In this document: piece by piece, positions 31,701 to 38,981 of the stretch | Layout of the letters: every line of letters starts with the position of its first letter | How positions within the stretch are numbered: position 1 is the stretch's first letter | Assembly (NCBI GenBank): GCA_020725385.1 | Contig: DYFC01000016.1 | Coordinates: forward strand, 1 to 49,292 | DNA from: Nitrospira japonica | GTDB taxonomy: Bacteria > Nitrospirota > Thermodesulfovibrionia > Thermodesulfovibrionales > SM23-35 | Reading direction: 5' to 3' | DNA: 49,292 nt | Made by a program: the position numbers and the translations under genes | Notes under the pieces: model-generated | Told to the model about the DNA's origin: nothing | Databases searched by the model: none | What the model saw: only the letters and a program-made list of their open reading frames with translations

Positions 31701-32069
31701 GAAAAAAATTTTTTGATTTTCTATAGTCTTAAAAACTTCAAGATTTGCTCTTTTCTGTTTTTCAATAATTTCCCATAAAAGACGCGCTCCTGTGCCTTCG
31801 ATTACTTCTATTTTATATGATGAAGTTTTTCTTATCTCATTGCTAATTTCAAAATTGCCTGTGACATTAATTACAATTTCAGGAGCAGCATTGCAAAGTG
31901 TTTGAATATCTTCAAAAACAGGTATATTCCATTTTTTAGCAAGAATTGAACCCGGAGAATCTATTTTCTTGTCGTAAACACCGATTAATTCGGTATTTGT
32001 ATCTCCCTTAAGTAATGAAATTAATGCGCTTGCTCCAATATTTCCACCGGCTATAGCGACTCTAAGCAT
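28680..32069 (-). CDS. Cytoplasmic hybrid histidine kinase: Rossmann-like, GAF, PAS, HisKA, HATPase, REC, REC, degenerate GGDEF
   Basis: SHELRTPLN, NLLSNAIKFT, GVGLGL, ITLDVLLP, ILLDFKLP, DELTG, RGSD..RYGGDSF. Confidence 0.92.
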   Translation of the reverse strand: MLRVAIAGGNIGASALISLLKGDTNTELIGVYDKKIDSPGSILAKKWNIPVFEDIQTLCNAAPEIVINVTGNFEISNEIRKTSSYKIEVIEGTGARLLWEIIEKQKRANLEVFKTIENQKIFFNITEKIGIFPPLSDFFNFILDRAIEITDTPAGSIVLLKDNGLNLIASKGLSKRFIESTSGGIIQGGLADTIIKTKEIIAISDTTKTEYTKNNPSLISEKIRSLLACPIVLRGNTVGILYLDDFKPRQYSDRQKTSIKLIAGLLSIFIDKLNIQEKLEELKNKEILFLENSFDIVLLTDSSGKIYATSEIVEKILGYSKNYLLGKSIQSLMKANYWEQIFNKLSSGNIIKEFDSGLLISGGGEIPVKINAAALKKENGGKFDWLFVIHSLKNEEELKETILEKEKSIECIKEEFEKKVLERTGELERINKDLEYANQLKGRFISNMSHELRTPLNSILGFSEVLLDRTFGDLTEHQERYLKNIHNSGKHLLELVNNILDIAKIEAGKYEMVYETMPVDDLMNEIINVMKPLAEAKFIEVMVSVGEGVNLITADRVKLKQILYNLLSNAIKFTPEGGLVKVDVSGEGRMGTDYSGNGSGFQSIKFSVQDTGIGISPEDIEKIFNEFEQATSTLSKKYGGVGLGLALTKKLVELHGGNISVESNLGEGSTFTFSIPMTTPLPAESEKIKNEAIILNTPWAKEEAPLILVVEDDLSTAELLTLNLTQAGYKVAHAFNGDEALEKAQDLKPFAITLDVLLPKKDGWEVLQALKSNRTTSEIPVIIHSIVDNKELAFALGATDYLLKPLEREALISKLEEITISKGKKVLPVSVLIIESDDKVTKSLKDPFEQQGFLIYTATTGRRGIELASALRPAVILLDFKLPDMIGYDVIKEIKEHPSTKDIPIFILTEKDISVEDRIAYVGKIERIVQKYSFNIKELVGHIKELEILYPKRAGLIDELTGVFSHRYFQIRLAQEVERSTRYKIPLNLLLLDLDGFSQYSKQYGEYYANITLKKVAELIRKNIRGSDVVVRYGGDSFAIILPNTVVSAALSMSNRFNAIIKNYPFIFENSQPKGHITASIGLTFLDGQSTEEFILCAEKALARAFTKGGDRVEVYSREQYEEEEVEQY

Positions 32070-33066
32070 CTATTTTAAAGCCTTTATTGATTAATGAGCC
32101 AATCATTTCCATAAAATAATTGAGCAGTTCAGAATCCCATTGTCCATCATATTGCTCGGATTTCATAGTCTTGATAGTCTCGCTAACAGACCTCCTGTTA
32201 CGATACGGCCTTACCGAAACCATTGCGTCAAATGAATCTACTATAGCAAGTATTCTTGCCATAAGAGGAATATCTTCGCCGGCCAGTCCATCTGGAAATC
32301 CCATCCCATCCCATCTTTCGTGGTGATGTCTTATAGCAGGAAGTATTCTTCTCATTGAGACTAGAGGTCTGCAAAGATCCTCACCAAGAATAGTATGGGT
32401 TTTTATCATCTCAACTTCTTCTTTTGTTAATGGACCGGGCTTCCTGAGCAGTGATTCGCTTAAACATATTTTGCCTATATCATGTAATATGCCGGCTTTT
32501 TTCATTTCCTGCCTGTCTGTTTCCGGAAGACCGAGATAGGCTACAAATTCTGCTGCAAGTTTGCTAACCCTCGTGGAATGTCCTTTGGTATATGGATCCC
32601 TTGCTTCCATCGCTACAGCAAGTGTCATTATTATATTTTCAGAATGGTCAAGATCATCATTAAGTGATTTCACTTTCAGCAAGGACTTTATTTTTAAGAT
32701 GAGTTCTACTGTATCAAAAGGTTTTGATATAAAATCATCAGCTCCTGATTCTAATCCTTTCAATTTACTATTCTTATCAGTGAGAGCTGTTAGAAGTATA
32801 ACCGGGAAAAAACGCTTTCCAGAGATATTTTTTAGTTTACTGCATAATTCAAAACCATCTATTTCTGGCATCATTACATCGAGGACAGCAACATCTATTG
32901 GATAGGTTTGGAATTTATTAATTGCTTCACGGCCGCCAAGAGCAGTATAAACTTTAAATCCTTCCTTGATAAAAACAGCTTCCATAAGTTCAAGGTTAGA
33001 CTTATGGTCATCTACGACCAGAATAGAGGGCTTTTCTTTTTCTATAAGACTAGTAAAAGGTCCCAT
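32062..33066 (-). CDS. Response regulator with HD-GYP c-di-GMP phosphodiesterase domain
   Basis: REC (VLDVMMP); EARDPYTKGHS, LHDIGK, HHHERWDGMGFP, VDSFDAM, RPYR. Confidence 0.93.
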   Translation of the reverse strand: MGPFTSLIEKEKPSILVVDDHKSNLELMEAVFIKEGFKVYTALGGREAINKFQTYPIDVAVLDVMMPEIDGFELCSKLKNISGKRFFPVILLTALTDKNSKLKGLESGADDFISKPFDTVELILKIKSLLKVKSLNDDLDHSENIIMTLAVAMEARDPYTKGHSTRVSKLAAEFVAYLGLPETDRQEMKKAGILHDIGKICLSESLLRKPGPLTKEEVEMIKTHTILGEDLCRPLVSMRRILPAIRHHHERWDGMGFPDGLAGEDIPLMARILAIVDSFDAMVSVRPYRNRRSVSETIKTMKSEQYDGQWDSELLNYFMEMIGSLINKGFKIDA

Positions 33067-33152
33067 TACAAAAATTAAACCATTAGGGAAACAAATTTGT
33101 CAAGAAAAATTATTTATTAATAGTATGTTACAAAGGAAAGTTAACCTTTTTC

Positions 33153-33374
33153 TTAATATTGCAGGAGATGAAGTCCGGCATAATAACAACAGCATTCATT
33201 ATCAAGATCATTTATAAAAGACCTTTCAATTCCATCAGAAAATAGTACTCTTACAATACATATGCCACCGGGAAGTGTGGAATGTTTTTCTTCGATAACC
33301 TTTCCATTGCCCCATGATTCATAATGGATATGTTTCACAGAATCGCCGAGTTTTAAATAGAGTCGCGGTTTCAT
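33153..33374 (-). CDS. Small SH3/Tudor-like protein (DUF3553-like) with a CCC motif
   Basis: GDSVKH...WGNGKV...VRVLF; start overlaps the upstream stop (4-bp overlap). Confidence 0.65.
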   Translation of the reverse strand: MKPRLYLKLGDSVKHIHYESWGNGKVIEEKHSTLPGGICIVRVLFSDGIERSFINDLDNECCCYYAGLHLLQY

Positions 33375-34414
33375 AAATTATATATAATAGTATAAACGAA
33401 ATGACCGTTTATAGTATATGATTCCATGCCCCAAGACTCGGGCAATGGCCAAAAAGGTGAAGCATCCTTTAAAGCTTTCAAGGCAGCGTCATCGAGGTCT
33501 TTATAACCAGAGGTTCTTACGAGTTCTATTGAACCGAGTTTTCCATTTTTATTTATTGTAAAACGTATAATTAAATCTCCGGAAATTCCCCTTGCAGCAG
33601 CGCCTGGCGGATAAATCCATATATGTTCGATACGTTCTTTTAATTTCAAATTATAAAGGAGAAATTTTAAATCTGATACATCAAAAGACAGACCTTTTTG
33701 AGGAGTAAAAGTTCTTGCATCTTTAAGAGCTTCTCTGAGACTGAATGGCTGTTCTTTTTTCAAATCATTTAGTGGAATGTTTTCATTTTTATTTTTGCTA
33801 TTACTTTCATCTTTGCGTTTTGCTATATCACCAAGTATTCCTTTATCAAAGAGTTTTTCTTTAATCGATGGTAGTGGTTTAACCGGAACATGACTTTCTG
33901 TTTTCTGTTGTTCTTGTTTTTCGGCTCTGGGATGAGGAAATTCTTCCTGTTTTTTTACAACCTTTTTTTCATTTTTTTCAGGGGAAATCAAGAAAGGCAT
34001 AACAGGTGCTTTTTGTTCGGGTTTCTTTTCAACAGGTGCTTGTTCTACAGCTAATGATTCCCTGAAGGAATTTTTCTTTTCTGTTGATTCGGGTAATGGT
34101 TGAACAGGTACCGTTGGATTTATATTTTCTGAAGGTTTTGAATGAACTTCAGGTTGAACAGGCACATAAATTTTTGGTTGCACAGAACTTTGAGGAATTG
34201 TATAAGGTTGAGAATTAGAAGGTGGTAAAAATTTTTCAATTGGTTTTGAAGAAGATATAATAGGTTTTGTCTCCTCCGGTGTTATAAGACTTGCGATTAA
34301 ACTTTTCCCTGATTTAATAGTTTTATTCGGAACCAATAAAAAAGAAATACTGAATAGAAATAATAAAACTATATGAAATAAAGATGATAATATCAGTGAT
34401 TGTTTTAAGTTCAC
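33371..34414 (-). CDS. TonB/TolA-family energy transducer
   Basis: N-terminal TM with SSLFH, Pro/Lys/Glu-rich linker, C-terminal YPPGA...RTSG..LDDAAL..ASPF.PLP. Confidence 0.88.
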   Translation of the reverse strand: MNLKQSLILSSLFHIVLLFLFSISFLLVPNKTIKSGKSLIASLITPEETKPIISSSKPIEKFLPPSNSQPYTIPQSSVQPKIYVPVQPEVHSKPSENINPTVPVQPLPESTEKKNSFRESLAVEQAPVEKKPEQKAPVMPFLISPEKNEKKVVKKQEEFPHPRAEKQEQQKTESHVPVKPLPSIKEKLFDKGILGDIAKRKDESNSKNKNENIPLNDLKKEQPFSLREALKDARTFTPQKGLSFDVSDLKFLLYNLKLKERIEHIWIYPPGAAARGISGDLIIRFTINKNGKLGSIELVRTSGYKDLDDAALKALKDASPFWPLPESWGMESYTINGHFVYTIIYNL

Positions 34415-35502
34415 TTTAATAAGTTCCCTATTAGTTTTATATAGTCCATCAGGCTTCCCTTACTACTTTCTTTTGCCAGCCACAAACGAAGAGAGGCATC
34501 CTGTATTTCAGCTCTTCTATGTATTGAAACAAGCCTTTCGGTTGATTCATCATTCTTAAGAAAATAATCCCGTAGTTTGCACATCAGCAAGAATCTTTTC
34601 TGAAATCTGGATTTCCATTTCTTTTTATAATTGCTAACCTTATTATCTATTATAGCCCGGGCAGCATATTCTGCGGATTTCATGGCATAATATATACCTT
34701 CATATGTAAGTGGAAGGACATGCCCAGCAGAGTCACCAGCAAAAAGTATTTTATCAATATTGAATAAATCTCCCTGCCATACAGGAATCCTGTAAACTTT
34801 TCTTATGCCATGCTTATTAATTCCGACTCTTTGAATAAATTTATCAAAAAAAGCATGAATCGTTCCCTGAGAAAAAGTGCCTGTGCCGATAGATATTCCA
34901 TTGTTTGCAGGGAATACCCATGAATATGCATTTGGAGCATGTGAGGAGCCAAACCAGAATTCACAATTATCTACAAATATATCACTTATATATTCTGATA
35001 TTGTAAAAAAAGATTTTATTGGTTTTAACCCGAGTATAGTTCTTGTCTTTGAATTAACACCATCTGCTGCAACAATGTATTCTGCCTCAATCTTATATAA
35101 ATTTCTTTCTCCTTCAGCTATAATTTCATATTTGCTTTTACCATGAATATCTTTCAATTCTGCATTTATAATTCTTGCTCCACATTTTTCAGCCTGCTTT
35201 CTGAGAATCCTGTCAAATTCACCCCTTTCAACTATTGCAATGTTATTATCCTTTAAATTTATCTCAAGTCTTTGACCGGAAGGAGAAACAAGAATTATGC
35301 TTTTGGTAGTCTTTTTAATCGCATCATATGGAATTTCGAACTCATCAAAAGAATTAATTGATAATCCGCCTCCACATGGTTTGATATAGTTAAGATTTCT
35401 TTCAAGCACAATAACATCTTTCCCATTTTTTGCAAGGAATCTTGCTGCGGTTGACCCTGCCGGACCTCCGCCGATTATAAGCGTATGCGTTTTAATCGTC
35501 AT
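34411..35502 (-). CDS. Geranylgeranyl reductase-family flavoprotein
   Basis: IGGGPAG, KPCGGG, AADGVNS, YSWVFP, GDSAG, EGIYYAM. Confidence 0.88.
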   Translation of the reverse strand: MTIKTHTLIIGGGPAGSTAARFLAKNGKDVIVLERNLNYIKPCGGGLSINSFDEFEIPYDAIKKTTKSIILVSPSGQRLEINLKDNNIAIVERGEFDRILRKQAEKCGARIINAELKDIHGKSKYEIIAEGERNLYKIEAEYIVAADGVNSKTRTILGLKPIKSFFTISEYISDIFVDNCEFWFGSSHAPNAYSWVFPANNGISIGTGTFSQGTIHAFFDKFIQRVGINKHGIRKVYRIPVWQGDLFNIDKILFAGDSAGHVLPLTYEGIYYAMKSAEYAARAIIDNKVSNYKKKWKSRFQKRFLLMCKLRDYFLKNDESTERLVSIHRRAEIQDASLRLWLAKESSKGSLMDYIKLIGNLLK

Positions 35503-35661
35503 ATGTGATTATCCCTGTAAAAACCCTCTAAATATTATTTTAACCAAAAAATGCAGTTCGTGCTGTAAAACCTCTCAAATACCGGAGACATTAAAATAAA
35601 CTTGCCTTGATGATAGGTGAGAATTCAGCTTGACATTGGTTATGCTTAAAGCTTCGAAATT

Positions 35662-35688
35662 TGTCATTCTGAATTCGATTCAGAATCT
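35662..35688. repeat. REP-like palindrome
   Basis: TGTC-ATTCTGAAT-TCG-ATTCAGAAT-CT, perfect 9-bp stem. Confidence 0.5.
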
Positions 35689-35759
35689 CCAACCGTATTT
35701 TGCGGGTTAAGGATGGCGGGCTTCTAATTCTATATATAATTATATTTTTCATTAAAATC

Positions 35760-35905
35760 TCCTTTAACAATATAATTGTTCTAACTTCATGTTCTACATG
35801 ATAAGTTTTCGCAAACCTAACGGGTTTTTCGACAGAAAATATATTTGCGAGAAATTCTCAAAATTTTATTGCAAAACATGTTGTTTTTTTGCTATTTTAA
35901 GAACG
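35760..35905 (+). promoter_or_regulatory. CRISPR leader with candidate promoter
   Basis: AT-rich; inverted pair TTTTCGCAAA (35806) / TTTGCGAGAA (35844); TTGCAA (35869) - 18 bp - TATTTT (35893) preceded by TGn. Confidence 0.65.
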
Positions 35906-36450
35906 GATGCAGTAGCGAGCCCTATGACGAGGGAACTGAAACAAAATCTATAGAACAGATGGAACAATTAAGAGTCTGAGATGCAGTAGCGAGCCCTATG
36001 ACGAGGGAACTGAAACTATAATATCCATTAAAATTTCTGAATTAATCTCACGATGCAGTAGCGAGCCCTATGACGAGGGAACTGAAACATATAAAACCTT
36101 TACCTGATGGTTTAACGGATTTAGCGATGCAGTAGCGAGCCCTATGACGAGGGAACTGAAACAACTGAATTGCCTCTAATGTATTTTTAAATTTAAGAGA
36201 TGCAGTAGCGAGCCCTATGACGAGGGAACTGAAACTCTTTTCTTTCTTTTTATATTTATCATAATAAGACGATGCAGTAGCGAGCCCTATGACGAGGGAA
36301 CTGAAACACATCAAATTCTGGTGGTCTCTTTGATTGCTTATTAGGTTGATGCAGTAGCGAGCCCTATGACGAGGGAACTGAAACTCATAAACTGGATTAC
36401 CAGAAATAGTTACTTTAGGATGCAGTAGCGAGCCCTATGACGAGGGAACT
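35906..36450 (+). CRISPR. CRISPR array: 8 repeats (37 bp; last truncated to 32 bp), 7 spacers of 34-40 bp; no cas genes in the window
   Basis: GATGCAGTAGCGAGCCCTATGACGAGGGAACTGAAAC at 35906, 35980, 36052, 36126, 36199, 36271, 36348, 36419 (partial); CCCT/AGGG hairpin; GAAAC 3' end. Confidence 0.98.
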
Positions 36451-36455
36451 TCTTT

Positions 36456-36633
36456 AGAGCAGAAGCGCGGAAGAACAGAAGCGCGGAAGTTCGGAAGAGC
36501 AGAAGAACAGAATCTTTTTGAAGCTTTAATGAATGAAGTTTGGCAAGCTTTTATGGAGTTTCTATCGATCTTTGTAATGAGACATCAATGTACTGCTGAC
36601 TTCCGGGCTTCTGAACTCCCGAACTCCCGTTCT
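36456..36633. repeat. 8-bp-period mirror microrepeat at the CRISPR trailer
   Basis: Seven AGNNCRGA units at 36456-36511; reverse-complement-like units TCCGGGCT TCTGAACT CCCGAACT CCCGTTCT at 36602-36633. Confidence 0.85.
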
Positions 36634-36689
36634 GTCGCAAGACCGTCTTACAAAGATGATGGAGCTGAAATATCTAATGCTTTCCAGAA

Positions 36690-36733
36690 AATAATGCCTG
36701 CAGGATCAACAGATAAATCCTGCAGGCATTATT
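36690..36733. terminator. Perfect 17-bp inverted repeat, likely bidirectional terminator between the CRISPR transcript and the usp operon
   Basis: AATAATGCCTGCAGGAT - 10 nt - ATCCTGCAGGCATTATT, followed by CATTTTT on the plus strand. Confidence 0.75.
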
Positions 36734-36761
36734 CATTTTTATTAATTTTTTAACTATATGA

Positions 36762-37208
36762 CTAATATTTAGGCAATCTAACTGTTAGAACAGGGCATGG
36801 AGCATTTCTTACAACCTGAGCTGCTGTGCTACCGAAAAGGATTCTGTCAATCCCTGTTCTTCCATGTGTACCAAGTATAATCATATCTACTTTTTTGTTG
36901 TTTGCAAAAGCAACTATTTCCTGGTGTGGTATTCCTGTAATAACAACTCTTTCAATATTTTTTATGCCGGAAAGTTCTTCTACTCCAAAATTATCGAGTT
37001 CTTTTTTCGCTCCTTCCTGAATGTCCTGATATAGTTTGTCCATAGAAATATGCGGAACATACCAGCCCGATGCTTTTGCCACATCATAAATAATGTGAAC
37101 TACATAGAGTTTTGCATCATACTTTTTTGCAAACTCAACAGCATACTTTAATGCTTCTGCCGAACCCTCTGAAAAATCTGTCGGGAAAAGAATACTTTTA
37201 ATTTCCAT
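36762..37208 (-). CDS. Universal stress protein
   Basis: ILFPTDFS, DMIILGTHGRTG, LFGSTA, APCPVLTV. Confidence 0.95.
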   Translation of the reverse strand: MEIKSILFPTDFSEGSAEALKYAVEFAKKYDAKLYVVHIIYDVAKASGWYVPHISMDKLYQDIQEGAKKELDNFGVEELSGIKNIERVVITGIPHQEIVAFANNKKVDMIILGTHGRTGIDRILFGSTAAQVVRNAPCPVLTVRLPKY

Positions 37209-38224
37209 TATCCAACCTCCCTTAAAAATTTTGCTGCATTCTCAGGCGATGTGGGAAGGATATACAATCCTGAACCCCATTCAAACCCACTTGTCCTAAT
37301 AATTCTCGGAATAATCTCAAGATGCCAGTGGAAATCTTCACCAAGAGTATGCCAGTGATTCCTTCTTGGCACCATATTTGGCGCAGTATGAATAAAATAG
37401 TTGAAAGGTGGCTCATTCAAGACCTGCCTTAGTTTTTTCAGAACAGTCATTAAAATAAGCCCGAAATCCTCTGTTTCTTCAACGGTAATTTCAGTGAACG
37501 AGCAACTATGACGTCTTGGAATTATCCATATCTCAAAAGGAAACTGCGCGGCAAAAGGACAGAAAGCGATAAAATTCTTTGTTTCATATACAATTCTTTC
37601 ACCTGTACGCAGTTCTTCGTTAATAATATCACAAAAAATACATCTTTCCTTATAAGCAAAATATTGCTTGGCATTATCGAGTTCATCCTTTACAACCTTA
37701 GGTATAACAGGAGTTGCCATGAGAAATGTTAAAGGATGGGTATATTGCTGACCCGCACATCTACCCGAATCCTTATATATAAGAATATATCTCAGTCTTG
37801 TATCCTTTTCAAGATCCGAGATGCGATCACGATACATTTTTACAAGCCTTATCATCTGCTCGAGTCCCATATCCTCGGGTCTTTTATCATGATAAGGAGA
37901 TTCAACTATAATCTCATTTGCTCCTATACTATTCATTTTGTCATAAATACCAACACCCCGTCTGCCAAGTTCACCTTCTACCCTAAAGACAGGATTAAAA
38001 CTCGGCAGGTCCCTTATCCACCATCCGGCCGTGTTTGGAGATGTTCCTGCCTTTCTTATAGATGTTATTTCAGATGGAGTTTCATTTTCTCTGCCTTCGC
38101 AAAAAACACAGTTTTCTTCAACCGGCTCTTCAAAAGGTATCTTTGGATACTCGGAAGGCAGTTTTGATTCTGAAAGAACAGCAACCCATCTGCCAAGTAA
38201 TATATCTTTTCTAAGTTCATGCAT
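37208..38224 (-). CDS. Galactose-1-phosphate uridylyltransferase (GalT)-like protein with degenerate active site
   Basis: ELRKD, CVFCEGRE, RCIFCD, HWHLEIIPR, GFEWGSG; HPHxQ replaced by HPLTF. Confidence 0.85.
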   Translation of the reverse strand: MHELRKDILLGRWVAVLSESKLPSEYPKIPFEEPVEENCVFCEGRENETPSEITSIRKAGTSPNTAGWWIRDLPSFNPVFRVEGELGRRGVGIYDKMNSIGANEIIVESPYHDKRPEDMGLEQMIRLVKMYRDRISDLEKDTRLRYILIYKDSGRCAGQQYTHPLTFLMATPVIPKVVKDELDNAKQYFAYKERCIFCDIINEELRTGERIVYETKNFIAFCPFAAQFPFEIWIIPRRHSCSFTEITVEETEDFGLILMTVLKKLRQVLNEPPFNYFIHTAPNMVPRRNHWHTLGEDFHWHLEIIPRIIRTSGFEWGSGLYILPTSPENAAKFLREVG

Positions 38225-38981
38225 GACAATTTCTCATATACAGAATTTTCAAACCATTAATAGTGAGATAAGGAATGATTTTATAATTCCTTTTTATGTA
38301 TTTGGAAATAAAACTACAAAAACCACCTGTTAAAACTAATTCAAAACTCATATTAGTCTCTTTCTCTATCTCATCAATAATTCTCTCTACAGCTCCGGTT
38401 GTCCCGTAAATAATTCCTGCTTGAATACAACTTTTTGTATCTATTCCGAGTGCTCTATCAGGCTTTTCTATATTAATATCAGGAAGTTTCGATGTTTTCA
38501 TAAAAAGACCTTCCTTCATCATTTTCATTCCAGGAAGAATCGCCCCGCCAATGAAATCTTCGTTCCTGCCTTTAAAGCTTAAGGTTGTAGCTGTTCCGAA
38601 ATCAATAACACAGACAGGATTTTTACAGATTTCATTTGCTGCTACTACATTTGCAATTCTGTCTGCCCCGAGTTCTTCAGGTTTCGGAACAGAAAAAGTT
38701 ATTCCTGTATCTATTTTATGACTAACCAAAATAGGTTCTGAACGGGAAATTTCTTTCATAGTCTCAAATAGAATTCCTGTTAGTTCGGATACAACAGAAC
38801 ATATTATACTTCCTTCTGGATTTTTGTTTTTATTAATTTCTTTTATGAATCCATTAATCAAATCTTCATATTCATTATTCTTCAGAACAGGGGAAGCCGG
38901 TATGTTTTTTACAATCAACTCTTCATTAATGAAAAAACCTACTTTAATTGATGAATTTCCAATATCAAGAGCAATAATCAT
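38217..38981 (-). CDS. coaX: Type III pantothenate kinase
   Basis: LDIGNS, LGADR, IDFGTATT, GGAILPG, LTGG. Confidence 0.95.
   Translation of the reverse strand: MIIALDIGNSSIKVGFFINEELIVKNIPASPVLKNNEYEDLINGFIKEINKNKNPEGSIICSVVSELTGILFETMKEISRSEPILVSHKIDTGITFSVPKPEELGADRIANVVAANEICKNPVCVIDFGTATTLSFKGRNEDFIGGAILPGMKMMKEGLFMKTSKLPDINIEKPDRALGIDTKSCIQAGIIYGTTGAVERIIDEIEKETNMSFELVLTGGFCSFISKYIKRNYKIIPYLTINGLKILYMRNCHA

Noticed and set aside
33331-33346. TGTTTCAC as a parS site, given nearby parAB
   Set aside because: Half-site only; the second half (GTGAAACA) is missing and it lies within a CDS
34411-35502. BchP/ChlP as evidence of phototrophy
   Set aside because: The geranylgeranyl reductase family is widespread in non-phototrophs and there are no photosynthesis genes nearby
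36048-36314. 88-aa ORF with repeated FSSLVIGLATAS
   Set aside because: Translation of CRISPR repeats on the reverse strand
35943-36418. Self-targeting spacers
   Set aside because: No match to the rest of the window noticed by eye; this was not an exhaustive search
36529-36753. 74-aa ORF after the CRISPR array as a possible small cas or anti-CRISPR gene
   Set aside because: It runs through the octamer repeats and the 17-bp hairpin, has no clear SD and no recognisable motif
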